A DNA stretch of 32,000 nucleotides, taken from assembly GCF_028368975.1 (NCBI RefSeq), contig NZ_JAQNDM010000002.1, forward strand, positions 2,024,007 through 2,056,006. The letters run 5' to 3'. Position 1 is the first letter of the stretch, and the number at the start of each line of letters is the position of its first letter. A program made the position numbers and the translations under genes. The notes beneath the pieces were generated by a model, which saw only the letters and a program-made list of their open reading frames with translations, was not told where the DNA came from and ran no database searches. The DNA comes from Stigmatella ashevillensis (GTDB taxonomy: Bacteria; Myxococcota; Myxococcia; Myxococcales; Myxococcaceae). Positions 18,784 to 29,675 of the stretch are shown here, in pieces.

Positions 18784-19866
18784 TCATGTAGCGAGCGGCT
18801 CCTCGACCTCCGGGGTTTCGGGCACGGCGGGTTCCAGCGCCTCCTGGGCTGCCTGCTCCCGGGTGGCGGCTTCGGCCTTGGCGGCCTCGGCCTTGTCGTA
18901 GGCGCGGATGACCTCCTGCACCAGCGGGTGGCGGACCACATCCACCTCGGTGAACTCCGAGAAGCAGATGCCCTCGATGTTCTTGAGGATGGAGCGGGCA
19001 TGGTTGAGGCCCGACATCTTCCCCACCGGGAGGTCCACCTGCGTCACATCGCCGGTAATCACCGCCTTGCTGTTGTAGCCCAAGCGCGTGAGGAACATCT
19101 TCATCTGCTCGACGGTGGTGTTCTGCGCCTCGTCGAGGATGACGAAGGCGTCATTGAGCGTCCGGCCTCGCATGAAGGCCAGCGGTGCCACCTCGACGAC
19201 GCCCTGCTCCACCAGTTGGGTCGCGCGCTCGCCCGCCATCATGTCGTTGAGCGCGTCATACAGGGGGCGCAGGTACGGGTTCACCTTCTCGGCGATATCG
19301 CCCGGCAGGAAGCCCAGCTTCTCGCCGGCTTCCACCGCGGGCCGGGCCAGGATGATGCGCTTGACCTTGCGCTCCTGAAGGAAGGCCACCGCCATGGCCA
19401 TGGCCAGGTAGGTCTTTCCCGTGCCCGCAGGCCCGATGCCGAAGACGATGTCGTGGGCGCGGATGGCTTCCACGTACCGCTTCTGCGCCAGGCTCTTGGG
19501 AGCGATCTGCCGGTTGCCCGAGCTCTTCAGCACCGGCCCCAGCATGACCTCCTGCAAGGACTCCGTGCCCCGCCCCAGCACCTTGATGCCTTGCTCCACA
19601 TCCTCCCGGTACACGGAGCGGCCCGCCCGGATCATCTCCTCCAGGTTCTCCACCAGCCGCACGGCGAAGGCGACGGCGTCCGCGGGCCCCGACAGGTGCA
19701 GTTCCGTGCCGCGCTGCCCCACTCGGACACCGAGGCGCCGCTCCATGAGCTTCAGGTTCTCGTTCTGATTGCCGCACAGTGCCAGGGCGGTCTCATTGTC
19801 GCGGACATCGACCTTGGCGGAGGTGGGACGGACAGCAGGAGCTTCCAAAGTGGAGGGGTTTCTCAA
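18784..19866 (-). CDS. phoH: PhoH-like ATPase (YbeZ family)
   Basis: 360 aa. N-terminal [26 protein letters not shown] aligns with the YbeZ N-terminus as I recall it. Walker [14 protein letters not shown], followed by [21 protein letters not shown] and [10 protein letters not shown]. The track start is a TTG, so the exact start is uncertain. Confidence 0.9.
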   Translation of the reverse strand: MRNPSTLEAPAVRPTSAKVDVRDNETALALCGNQNENLKLMERRLGVRVGQRGTELHLSGPADAVAFAVRLVENLEEMIRAGRSVYREDVEQGIKVLGRGTESLQEVMLGPVLKSSGNRQIAPKSLAQKRYVEAIRAHDIVFGIGPAGTGKTYLAMAMAVAFLQERKVKRIILARPAVEAGEKLGFLPGDIAEKVNPYLRPLYDALNDMMAGERATQLVEQGVVEVAPLAFMRGRTLNDAFVILDEAQNTTVEQMKMFLTRLGYNSKAVITGDVTQVDLPVGKMSGLNHARSILKNIEGICFSEFTEVDVVRHPLVQEVIRAYDKAEAAKAEAATREQAAQEALEPAVPETPEVEEPLAT

Positions 19867-19948
19867 TGCGTTTCGTGCCTCGCTTCAAGTTCCCGGAGTC
19901 AACGTAACGTCGCCCCCCAGGCCGGGAAAGGAGGCAGGCGTGGAATCG

Positions 19949-21121
19949 CTACTGTAACGGCGGAAGCAGAACAAACTCCCGTGACGCCAGGCGCCGGTAG
20001 TAATACGGCTCGCGCCAGGGGTAATGCAGCTCCTCTGGCTTTAACAAGCCCGCCTCCACCAGCGCATCCAAACGCTCCGGGACTTCCCCTTTTTCCAGGC
20101 GAAACACCTCCACCGCGGCCTCAATCCGCTTGAGCTGCGCGCGGGAGACGAAGCGCTGGGCGCCCGGGTCGTCGAACGAGGAGGCGGCCTTGGCGGTGGG
20201 CGACAGGAAACCCGCCACCTGAACGGCCAGGAAGAGAATGGCCCCCAGCGCCGCCATGCTGGCCCCCACCCGCCCCAGGCTCCGGCCGACCTTGGCCAGC
20301 ACCCCCGCGCCCCCCGAGGAGGGTGCCTGACCCTCGGGATAGAACGGCCGCACGTATTGCAGGTTGATGAGGTTGAGCAGCGCCTTGCAGGTCTCGAACT
20401 CGCCCAGGCAGCTCACGTCGATGAGCTTGCGCACATCCCGGTCCGGGGAGATCACCTCGTAGACCCGCCGCTCGGAGTCTCCCACCGACTTGAAGTCGCC
20501 CTTGTTCTCGTCCTTCTTCTTCTCCGCGAACGCATCGTCGAACGCGGCGTCGAAGTCCGGCTCCGCGTTGACGGGCGGCGGCAGGGGCTTCAGACACTCG
20601 AACGTCATGTCCAGCCGGTTGATCTTCTTCCGGATGACCGGCCACTCGTCCACCATCCGGAAGCCTTCCATCAGCACCGATTCGGCGCGCAGCGGCGTGA
20701 TGGCTTCCGTATCGGACTCGACGGGCTCGGCCTTGAACGCGTAGGTGCCCGCGTCCCAGCTGAACAGGCGGTAGAGCGTCTCCGTGGCCTGCAACTGCAT
20801 CATCTTCTTGAAGCGATCGGCGGTGATGGCGCCGCTGGAGACAAGCACGTCGCCCAGCCGCTTGAGGGTGCGGCGCTGCGTCTCCAGCGAGTCCGCGAGC
20901 TGGGCCTCGGTGATGATCTCCGCGCGCACCAGCATGTTGCCGATGAGGTCCTTCTTCTTGCGGGTGATGCTCTCGACCCGGGCGATGTTGCCGTCCTTGA
21001 AGAAGACATTGACCTCCTGCTCTTTGCTCTCCAGGTACAGCTGGCCGGTCTTCTGCTGCTGCCCGATGAGCTGGAGGATGTCCGCGATGCCGAAGTCCTT
21101 GAGCGTTCCCTGAAGGGCCAT
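19949..21121 (-). CDS. DUF4388 (PatA-N-like) protein with one TM helix and a GspG-like C-terminal domain
   Basis: 390 aa. MALQGTLKDFGIADILQLIGQQQKTGQLYL is the canonical DUF4388 opening. LGDVLVSSGAITADRFKKMMQLQ resembles a T2SS-E N-terminal (MshEN-like) helix pair. There is a TM at MAALGAILFLAVQVAGFL. The C-terminus RAQLKRIEAAVEVFRLEKGEVPERLDALVEAGLLKPEELHYPWREPYYYRR resembles the pseudopilin GspG globular domain. Confidence 0.7.
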   Translation of the reverse strand: MALQGTLKDFGIADILQLIGQQQKTGQLYLESKEQEVNVFFKDGNIARVESITRKKKDLIGNMLVRAEIITEAQLADSLETQRRTLKRLGDVLVSSGAITADRFKKMMQLQATETLYRLFSWDAGTYAFKAEPVESDTEAITPLRAESVLMEGFRMVDEWPVIRKKINRLDMTFECLKPLPPPVNAEPDFDAAFDDAFAEKKKDENKGDFKSVGDSERRVYEVISPDRDVRKLIDVSCLGEFETCKALLNLINLQYVRPFYPEGQAPSSGGAGVLAKVGRSLGRVGASMAALGAILFLAVQVAGFLSPTAKAASSFDDPGAQRFVSRAQLKRIEAAVEVFRLEKGEVPERLDALVEAGLLKPEELHYPWREPYYYRRLASREFVLLPPLQ

Positions 21122-21136
21122 GGTCGTCGTCCCGGA

Positions 21137-23305
21137 TTACTGCGTCCGCCGCTTGAACAGCCCACGCAGCGACAGCAGGTAGAGAGGCAGGAGCACCAGC
21201 GCCGCCGGTGCCATCTTGAGGTAGTTGGGCGCTTCGCCGTAGGGCGAGCGCAGCACGCCCTGGCTCATCACCAGTACGGCCACCGCCAGCAGGAACAGGA
21301 AACAGTAGAACGCGCCCCGGATCGGCAACCCCGAGAAAACGTGGCCGGCCCCCGACACCAGGGCTCCGAGCGCCAGGGAGATCCGTCCCAGCCAGGTCTG
21401 GTGGCGCTGGACCTCCGCCTGTTTGCGCGCCCGCATCGGCTCGGGCACCACGCCCTTGCGGGCGAAGACGTTCGTGCACTGGCTGCACAGGAAGCTGCCC
21501 ATGCCCAGGTCCGGATCGCACCGGCGGCACACGGTCCGGCCGCACTTGTCGCACCCCTTGGAGGCCCGCAGCCGGTCCCTCGCCGCGCCCCACAGGAAGA
21601 GCAGTCCCGCGAGCACCACCGGGTAGAACCGCACCACCGGCCCCGACACGCCTAGCAACATGCGATCCAACTGGGACTCCACGCGCTTGCCCGCGGCCGT
21701 GCCATCCGCCAGCGCCAGCATGTCCGCGGTGGGCAGCTCTGGCGAGAGCAACAGCAGGTTCGCCAGCAGCCGGTCATCCGGGGGCACATCCCGGCCCACG
21801 AGCGCGGCATCCAGCCGCTGCGCCGTGGACATGGTCTCGCTGGCCCGCTGCAGCTCGGCGCCCACCTTGTCGTCCGGCAGCTCCCGGGCCCGGCGCCGGT
21901 AGATCTGCGCCAGGTTGTAGGGGGCGGCCGCGAGCGTGTTGTCCGCCTGCGCCGCCTCCTGGTAGAGGCGCGTGGCGCCGTCCACATCCCCGGCAGCCAG
22001 CAGCGCGTTGCCAAAATTCGTGAGCAGGAGCGCGTTGCGCTGGCGCAGGGCCGCCGCCGCCTTGAAGTGCGTGGCGGCCTCCTCGAGCTGCCCGCGGCGG
22101 GACTCGTAGCGCCCCAGGGCAAACAGCTCCGCGAAGCCGGCCTCCTTCGCCTCCAGGCGTGCCTGGATCCGGACGGCCGCCTCATCCGCCGTGAAGCCTC
22201 CCCGCTCCAAGAGGTAGACATCCTCCGCCACCGTGCCCGCGAAGGTGGTGGCCCGGGCGATCTGCCCCGCCACGAGGGGACTCAACCCCACCAGGGCCAG
22301 CAGCACGGCCGCCACGGCCCGCTCCGCCACGGTGAGGTAGAGCACCACCATGCCGAACAGGACGAACAAGACGGGCACCACGCCCAGCCGCAACAGCACG
22401 GGCATCAGCAGGACCGCAAGCACCACCATGATGGACTGCCAGCGTCCCACTCCCCGCGGGAAGACATGGTGGATGTCGTGGAGGAAGTAGCGAATCCTCC
22501 GGAGGAAGAGCACCCCCACCACTGCCGCCGCCGTGGCCAACAGTGCCAGCAGCGCCGTGGCCACCAGGTTCGCGACCGCGGGCCGCAGGTAGCGGGGATC
22601 CTTCAGCACCGCGGCGATGGCCGCTTGAAACTCCCCCATGTACTTGCCTACGGCCCCGGGCTCCCTGCGGGCATAGGCATCCGCGAGCGCGAACCGCGCA
22701 TAGGGCAGGTTGGGCGAGAGCGCCGCCGCGTCCTCGGCGAGGTGCACCGCCGAGGACATGTCCTTGGACTTGAGCCGGGCTTGAGACTCTCGCAGCAAGC
22801 TGGCGCTGAAGGCATCGAAGTCCGAAGCGGCCACTTCGTCCCGGAGCTTCAACAGGTCCTTACGGGCCTGATCCGCGGCCGCCGTATCGTTCGCGCCTCG
22901 CGCCTGGACCCACCGCTCCCAGACGGCGAGCAGGTCCGCGTCGGACACCCGGGGCGCCAGCAACGGAGGGGGCGGCGTCCGGACAGGGACCTCGACCTTG
23001 GGCGGCGCGGGTTTCGCCGCGGCGGGCGCCGCCGGGGCGGTGGGCGCCACCGCCGGAGTCCGCTCCGGTTCCTCCGGGGGGTCCTCCTGAGACGCGGGCC
23101 GCTTCGACTTTCCGGGGCGCCGAACCTGACCGCGATCGTCGTCCTCGTACACGGAGTCATCCGCCTCTTCAGGAGGTGGCTCTGGATCGGGATCCACCTC
23201 CTGGAGCAGCGAAGGCGCATCCATGCTTTGAGCGACCGCCGGTGCAGGCAGCACCAGCAGCGAGAGAATCACCGGGAGCAGGCGCAAACAAAAGGAGTGA
23301 GGCAT
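21137..23305 (-). CDS. Polytopic membrane protein with a Pro/acidic-rich exported region, TPR-like repeats and a Cys-rich zinc-ribbon
   Basis: I prefer the ATG at 23305, giving MPHSFCLRLLPVILSLLVLPAPAVAQS (signal peptide). It contains a PE/PA-rich stretch, a cluster of TM helices, TPR-like helices (GRYESRRGQLEEAATHFKAAAALRQRNALLLTNFGNALLAAGDVDGATRLYQEAAQ), CDKCGRTVCRRCDPDLGMGSFLCSQC, and then further TM helices. Confidence 0.65.
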   Translation of the reverse strand: MPHSFCLRLLPVILSLLVLPAPAVAQSMDAPSLLQEVDPDPEPPPEEADDSVYEDDDRGQVRRPGKSKRPASQEDPPEEPERTPAVAPTAPAAPAAAKPAPPKVEVPVRTPPPPLLAPRVSDADLLAVWERWVQARGANDTAAADQARKDLLKLRDEVAASDFDAFSASLLRESQARLKSKDMSSAVHLAEDAAALSPNLPYARFALADAYARREPGAVGKYMGEFQAAIAAVLKDPRYLRPAVANLVATALLALLATAAAVVGVLFLRRIRYFLHDIHHVFPRGVGRWQSIMVVLAVLLMPVLLRLGVVPVLFVLFGMVVLYLTVAERAVAAVLLALVGLSPLVAGQIARATTFAGTVAEDVYLLERGGFTADEAAVRIQARLEAKEAGFAELFALGRYESRRGQLEEAATHFKAAAALRQRNALLLTNFGNALLAAGDVDGATRLYQEAAQADNTLAAAPYNLAQIYRRRARELPDDKVGAELQRASETMSTAQRLDAALVGRDVPPDDRLLANLLLLSPELPTADMLALADGTAAGKRVESQLDRMLLGVSGPVVRFYPVVLAGLLFLWGAARDRLRASKGCDKCGRTVCRRCDPDLGMGSFLCSQCTNVFARKGVVPEPMRARKQAEVQRHQTWLGRISLALGALVSGAGHVFSGLPIRGAFYCFLFLLAVAVLVMSQGVLRSPYGEAPNYLKMAPAALVLLPLYLLSLRGLFKRRTQ

Positions 23306-23469
23306 CCGGAAGGTCGATGATAGGCGAGGGGCTGTCACGACGAAAGCAATAGCCCCCCTCCCGCTTGCCTGCTTACCGGGTAAACAGCCCTTGACAGGAA
23401 GCAAGTCGTCCCCGGGCCGGGAAGACTCTGGAAAAGCGGTTGGGAACGCGGCGGGAGGTTGACGAGCAC

Positions 23470-24636
23470 ATGAGCACGAGTGGGGCAGAACTGGAACGGC
23501 TGGTGGGGATCATGAACCGCTTGCGCGCGGACGGGGGGTGTCCCTGGGATCGCGAGCAGGATCTGCGCTCCATGCGCCCCTACCTCGTCGAGGAGACCTT
23601 CGAGGTCCTCGATGAGATGGACCGGGTCGCCTACGGGGGTCCCTGGCGCTCGCTCTGCGAGGAGCTGGGGGATCTGCTCTTCCAGATCGTCTTCCACGCC
23701 CAGTTGGCAACCGAGAAGGGCGAGTTCACGATGGCGGAGGTGTGCCGCGCCGTGAGCGACAAGCTCGAAAGCCGCCACCCGCACGTGTTCGGGGAGAAGC
23801 AGGTCCGGGACTCCACGGAGGTGCTCTTCAACTGGGCGCAGATCAAGGCCGAGGAGAAGAAGCGGAAAACGGGCCGGGTCGGCTCGGTGCTCGATGGCGT
23901 GCCGACCGCCGCCCCTGCCCTGGCCCGGGCCGAGCGGCTCACCGAGAAGGCCAGCCGCATGGGCTTCGACTGGCCAGACGTGGCGGGGGTGAGGGCCAAG
24001 CTGGACGAGGAGCTCGCCGAGCTGGATGAGGCCATCGCCTCCAAGGACCGGGATGCCCTGGAGCACGAGCTGGGCGACGTCCTCTTCTCTCTGGCCAACC
24101 TCGGGCGGTTCCTGCACACGCCCCCCGAGGACGCGTTGCGCATGGCCATCCGCCGCTTCACCACCCGCTTCCAGCACATCGAAGCCGCCCTCCAGGCCGA
24201 GGGCGTCCCCCTGGGAGGGGCCACCCTGGAGCACATGGAGCGACATTGGCAGACAGCCAAGGCGGCGGAGAAAGCCCTCCCGCCCCCCGCCTCCCTGCCG
24301 CGCGCCCCACTGACCACCCTGCGCTTCCCCGTGCGAGACGTGGCGGCCCAACGGGCGTTCTGGGATGCCGTCGCGCCGCTGATCGGCTGGCACGCGGTCC
24401 AGAGCCCCTCCGGAGAGGCCCGCTATGGCGATGGCGCCCTGCTGCTCGTCTTCTGCTCTGGGGAGGGCGTCGGCGTTCCCGGGGTGGGGCTCACCCTGGG
24501 GGCCCCTTCCTCTCGCTCGGTGGAGCGGCTTCGGAGCACGCTGGAGGCCTCTCAGCCCGGGGCCCTTCAGGGGGGCGAGCCCACCGGGGTCCGCTTCCAG
24601 GACCCAGCGGGCCTTGTCTGGGAATACACCGCATAG
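23470..24636 (+). CDS. mazG: MazG nucleoside-triphosphate pyrophosphohydrolase fused to a C-terminal VOC/glyoxalase-like domain
   Basis: From the ATG at 23470: MSTSGAELERLVGIMNRLRADGGCPWDREQDLRSMRPYLVEETFEVLDE, then a second MazG repeat (AKLDEELAELDEAIASKDRDALEHELGDVLFSLANL). The last ~108 aa (LTTLRFPVRDVAAQRAFWDAV...GVRFQDPAGLVWEY) look like a VOC beta-alpha-beta-beta-beta module. The track start is the TTG at 23440. Confidence 0.85.
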   Translation: MSTSGAELERLVGIMNRLRADGGCPWDREQDLRSMRPYLVEETFEVLDEMDRVAYGGPWRSLCEELGDLLFQIVFHAQLATEKGEFTMAEVCRAVSDKLESRHPHVFGEKQVRDSTEVLFNWAQIKAEEKKRKTGRVGSVLDGVPTAAPALARAERLTEKASRMGFDWPDVAGVRAKLDEELAELDEAIASKDRDALEHELGDVLFSLANLGRFLHTPPEDALRMAIRRFTTRFQHIEAALQAEGVPLGGATLEHMERHWQTAKAAEKALPPPASLPRAPLTTLRFPVRDVAAQRAFWDAVAPLIGWHAVQSPSGEARYGDGALLLVFCSGEGVGVPGVGLTLGAPSSRSVERLRSTLEASQPGALQGGEPTGVRFQDPAGLVWEYTA

Positions 24637-24646
24637 CACGCGCGCC

Positions 24647-24675
24647 TTGACGCTCGCGGGGAGCCGCTGTAGGTA
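24647..24675 (+). promoter_or_regulatory. Candidate sigma70-type promoter for rpsT
   Basis: TTGACG (24647-24652), a 17-nt spacer, then TAGGTA (24670-24675), about 40 nt upstream of the rpsT TTG start. The -10 element is imperfect because the final T is missing. Confidence 0.3.
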
Positions 24676-24714
24676 CGGCCCTCTTTGTCCACAGCCGTCC
24701 GTTGGAGATGACCT

Positions 24715-24981
24715 TTGGCGAATACCAAGTCCGCAGAGAAGCGCAACCGTCAGGCCCAGAAGCGCCGCGCCCGCAACACCGCCGTGCGCACCACGGTGAA
24801 GAACGCCGTGAAGAAGGCGCGTGAGACCCTCGCGACCAAGGACACCACCAAGAGCGCGGACGCCGTGAAGAACGCGACCCGCACGCTCGCCAAGGCCGCC
24901 TCGAAGGGCGTCCTGCACCCGCGCAACGCCGCCCGCCGCATCGCGCGCCTGGCCAAGGCCGCCAAGGCTGCCAAGGCTTAG
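24715..24981 (+). CDS. rpsT: 30S ribosomal protein S20
   Basis: 88 aa: (M)ANTKSAEKRNRQAQKRRARNTAVRTTVKNAVKKA...GVLHPRNAARRIARL, a typical S20 sequence. TTG start with GGAGA 6 nt upstream. Confidence 0.95.
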   Translation: MANTKSAEKRNRQAQKRRARNTAVRTTVKNAVKKARETLATKDTTKSADAVKNATRTLAKAASKGVLHPRNAARRIARLAKAAKAAKA

Positions 24982-24993
24982 TCCTCTGATGTG

Positions 24994-25017
24994 AGCGCCC
25001 TTCGCTTCCGGGGCGCT
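24994..25017. terminator. Putative bidirectional terminator hairpin between convergent rpsT and lptE
   Basis: AGCGCCC (24994-25000) pairs with GGGCGCT (25011-25017) around a 10-nt loop. It starts 13 nt after the rpsT stop and overlaps the lptE stop codon. No clear U-tract. Confidence 0.4.
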
Positions 25018-25546
25018 ACCAGTTCTGCGCCAGCCGCTCGTAGCCCTCGTGCATCAGCGTCTCCGAGAGACGGCGAAGCGCGGCGAGGCGGTTGGCTTCC
25101 GCTTCCAGCACATCACCGCTGCCGGGCAGATAATCCTCTGTCCCGGCGACGCTCGTTTCCGCGATGACCTGTCCGTCCTTCAGCAGCCGCAGGCGTGCCT
25201 CCGCGGAGGCCCGGTAGCTGGCAAGCTGGGAGGGACGCGTCACGACGCCATTCTCGACCATGGGTTCGGTCACGATGGTGGGGAAGCTGTTCACGCTCGT
25301 CACGGTCCCCTCGACGCTCCCCTCGCAGGCGCCGCTCGCTCCCAGCGTTCCCGAGCGCACCAGTTCCTGGCGGAAGGACTGGGTGAACAACGTCTCCAGC
25401 CCAGGCTCGGGCGTCTGGTTCAGGAACATGGGGGCGCAGACAGAGCGCAGCCCCTGCGGCAGCGTCGAGTCCCGGGGCACGAAGCGATAGCCACACCCCA
25501 ACCCCGTTGCCAGCAGACCCCACGCCACCACTCGAACCCGAGCCAT
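25016..25546 (-). CDS. lptE: LPS-assembly lipoprotein LptE-like
   Basis: 176 aa. The signal sequence ends LATGLGCGYRFVPR, comparable to E. coli LptE ...TAGCGWHLR. The size and the proximity to leuS match the conserved leuS-lptE linkage. Similarity elsewhere was not verifiable by eye. Confidence 0.6.
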   Translation of the reverse strand: MARVRVVAWGLLATGLGCGYRFVPRDSTLPQGLRSVCAPMFLNQTPEPGLETLFTQSFRQELVRSGTLGASGACEGSVEGTVTSVNSFPTIVTEPMVENGVVTRPSQLASYRASAEARLRLLKDGQVIAETSVAGTEDYLPGSGDVLEAEANRLAALRRLSETLMHEGYERLAQNW

Positions 25547-25576
25547 GGAGGCACAGTAGCGGGCTGAGATCCCGGG

Positions 25577-26146
25577 TCAAGCGCGGCGCCAGAGCCCTCC
25601 CCGTGCGTCCTGGGCGTCCACTCCGCGCGCCACCAGCCCCTGGACGGCCGCGGCACACACCGCATCGATGCGCTGCGAACGCTCCGAGCCGATGAGCGCT
25701 GTGCCCAACGGCCACCGCACGCGCCTACCATCGAGGAACTCCAGCACCACGAAGGACTGGCGCCACAACAAAGCCACGAGCAGTCCGAGCACCGACAGCC
25801 CCGTTGTCAGGGGGCGCACGGAGGGCACCAAGAGCGTCAGGACCAGGGCGAGTGGCACGATGGCCAGGGGCTCCAGGAAGAAGCGCCGGCCGAGCCTCAC
25901 GGAGCGCAGGCTGCCCAGCTCGACGACGGCGGGCGGCACCGTGGCATCCGCCCGGTACGTCAGCCGTCGCCCCACCCCTGCCACCATGCGGCCGCCCAGC
26001 TCGAGCAGGAAGAACGGCGCCTCGGAGGCCGAGGACCCGGGCCGCGGGGCCTCGGGCAGCACCGCCCCGCATGCCTCGCAGCGACCCTCCCGGGCTTGCT
26101 GGGGTTGACCGCACCCCGAGCACATGACGAGGACTTCGGTGGGCAC
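25577..26146 (-). CDS. Hypothetical zinc-ribbon membrane protein
   Basis: 189 aa. CSGCGQPQQAREGRCEACG (CxxC-x11-CxxC), then two adjacent hydrophobic helices (FFLEPLAIVPLALVLTLLV and LSVLGLLVALLW). GTG start 12 nt after the leuS stop, with an alternative ATG at 26125. No family recognised. Confidence 0.5.
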   Translation of the reverse strand: MPTEVLVMCSGCGQPQQAREGRCEACGAVLPEAPRPGSSASEAPFFLLELGGRMVAGVGRRLTYRADATVPPAVVELGSLRSVRLGRRFFLEPLAIVPLALVLTLLVPSVRPLTTGLSVLGLLVALLWRQSFVVLEFLDGRRVRWPLGTALIGSERSQRIDAVCAAAVQGLVARGVDAQDARGGLWRRA

Positions 26147-26158
26147 CCGTTGCTCCGC

Positions 26159-28657
<2,499 letters not shown>

Positions 28658-28858
28658 ATGGTCGTTGCGACTCTTATGAGAGGCCCGCGCCCCAAGCAAC
28701 AAGCGAGCCGGCCCTGCACCTGCCCGCCCGGTCATCTCAGCGCCTCGGGGAAGACACACAAATATCACGGGAGCCCTGCCGGACTGGCGTGTTAGCCCCC
28801 GCTCCGTTGCACTTTTCACCTTGTCTCAGGGCGGACCGCCCCTGAAAGGCCTCTCCAC

Positions 28859-29626
28859 ATGACGTCTCTTTCCCTCAAGCCATTCCTGGGCGCCGTGGTC
28901 CTGCTCTCCGCGCCCCTGTCCCTGGCCGACAGCAGCACCACCATTCCCGCCTTCGAGGCAAAGGTGGCCGCGGCCAGGAGCCCCTCCAGCCCCGGTGAGT
29001 CCACCGTCGTCCGTCCGGAGATGTCCGAAGCGCTCGGCTTCTTTCTCTACGACGACGGCACGCTGGACTCCCAGGAGCGGGCCCACCTGGGCACCCGGCT
29101 CGCGGACGCCGCGTTTCTGGCCGGTGTCGATGCCCAGGCCCAGAAGTACTTCACGGACTTCTACCACCTGAACGACGGCGCCACCGTCCCGGCCGTGCCG
29201 CACCTGTGGTGGCCGGACGCCACTCCCGAGGAGCTCTATGGCGTCAGCGGCCCGCTCGCCGACGCCTCGGTGATCCGAGATGGTTACGTCGAGGGCATCG
29301 CCAATCAGGTCACGCTGGTCAACGCGGCCTACACGTCCTTCGGCATCGACCGGCAGCCCAGCCACTTCGTCCCCATCGACACGAACGAGCTCATCGCGGA
29401 ACTCAGCGTCCGCTATGACGGCCAGACCGTGACCGAGGAGGAAGTGAACGCCGCGGCGGCCTACATCACGTGGATCTCCCGCAACAGCCTCCTGCTCTAC
29501 AAGGCCAGCTGGAACTGTTCCCACTGCGGAGGAGGACCGGGCGACATGGGCGGCTCCATTTTCGCCGCGGTGAGCACGGATCGCCGCCGGGTGCGCATGG
29601 TGCGGATCCGCACCTGGGTCGAGTAG
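28859..29626 (+). CDS. Secreted hypothetical protein
   Basis: 255 aa. Signal peptide MTSLSLKPFLGAVVLLSAPLSLADS. The C-terminus reads WNCSHCGGGPGDMGG followed by a basic tail RRRVRMVRIRTWVE. No family recognised. It is the only plus-strand gene between leuS and glpD. Confidence 0.55.
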   Translation: MTSLSLKPFLGAVVLLSAPLSLADSSTTIPAFEAKVAAARSPSSPGESTVVRPEMSEALGFFLYDDGTLDSQERAHLGTRLADAAFLAGVDAQAQKYFTDFYHLNDGATVPAVPHLWWPDATPEELYGVSGPLADASVIRDGYVEGIANQVTLVNAAYTSFGIDRQPSHFVPIDTNELIAELSVRYDGQTVTEEEVNAAAAYITWISRNSLLLYKASWNCSHCGGGPGDMGGSIFAAVSTDRRRVRMVRIRTWVE

Positions 29627-29644
29627 GCCCGGCCGTGAAGCCCC

Positions 29645-29675
29645 GCCACCTGCTGGAGGCCCTCAGGCAGGTGGC
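29645..29675. terminator. Putative bidirectional terminator hairpin between convergent genes
   Basis: GCCACCTGC (29645-29653) pairs perfectly with GCAGGTGGC (29667-29675) around a 13-nt loop. It starts 19 nt after the stop of the 28859-29626 gene and overlaps the glpD stop (29663-29665). Confidence 0.4.

Noticed and set aside
19887-19894. GGGAACTT (minus strand), a sigmaE-type -35-like element just upstream of phoH.
   Set aside because: Sixteen nt downstream the sequence is CGCAT rather than a TCnAA-like -10 element. The site also abuts the proposed phoH TTG start, so it does not form a credible promoter.
23391-23396. A perfect TTGACA hexamer upstream of mazG in the divergent spacer 23306-23469.
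   Set aside because: The sequence 17±1 nt downstream is GGGCCG, which has no -10-like element. A single hexamer match is expected by chance.
28658-28819. The N-terminal 54 aa of the track LeuS ORF, and a possible regulatory leader (T-box-like) in the leuS 5' region.
   Set aside because: Conserved LeuS sequence starts at MAMNERYEPQAIEGKW. I could not identify a specifier loop, a T-box motif or a terminator/antiterminator pair in 28658-28858. I also could not see a convincing sigma70 -10/-35 pair.
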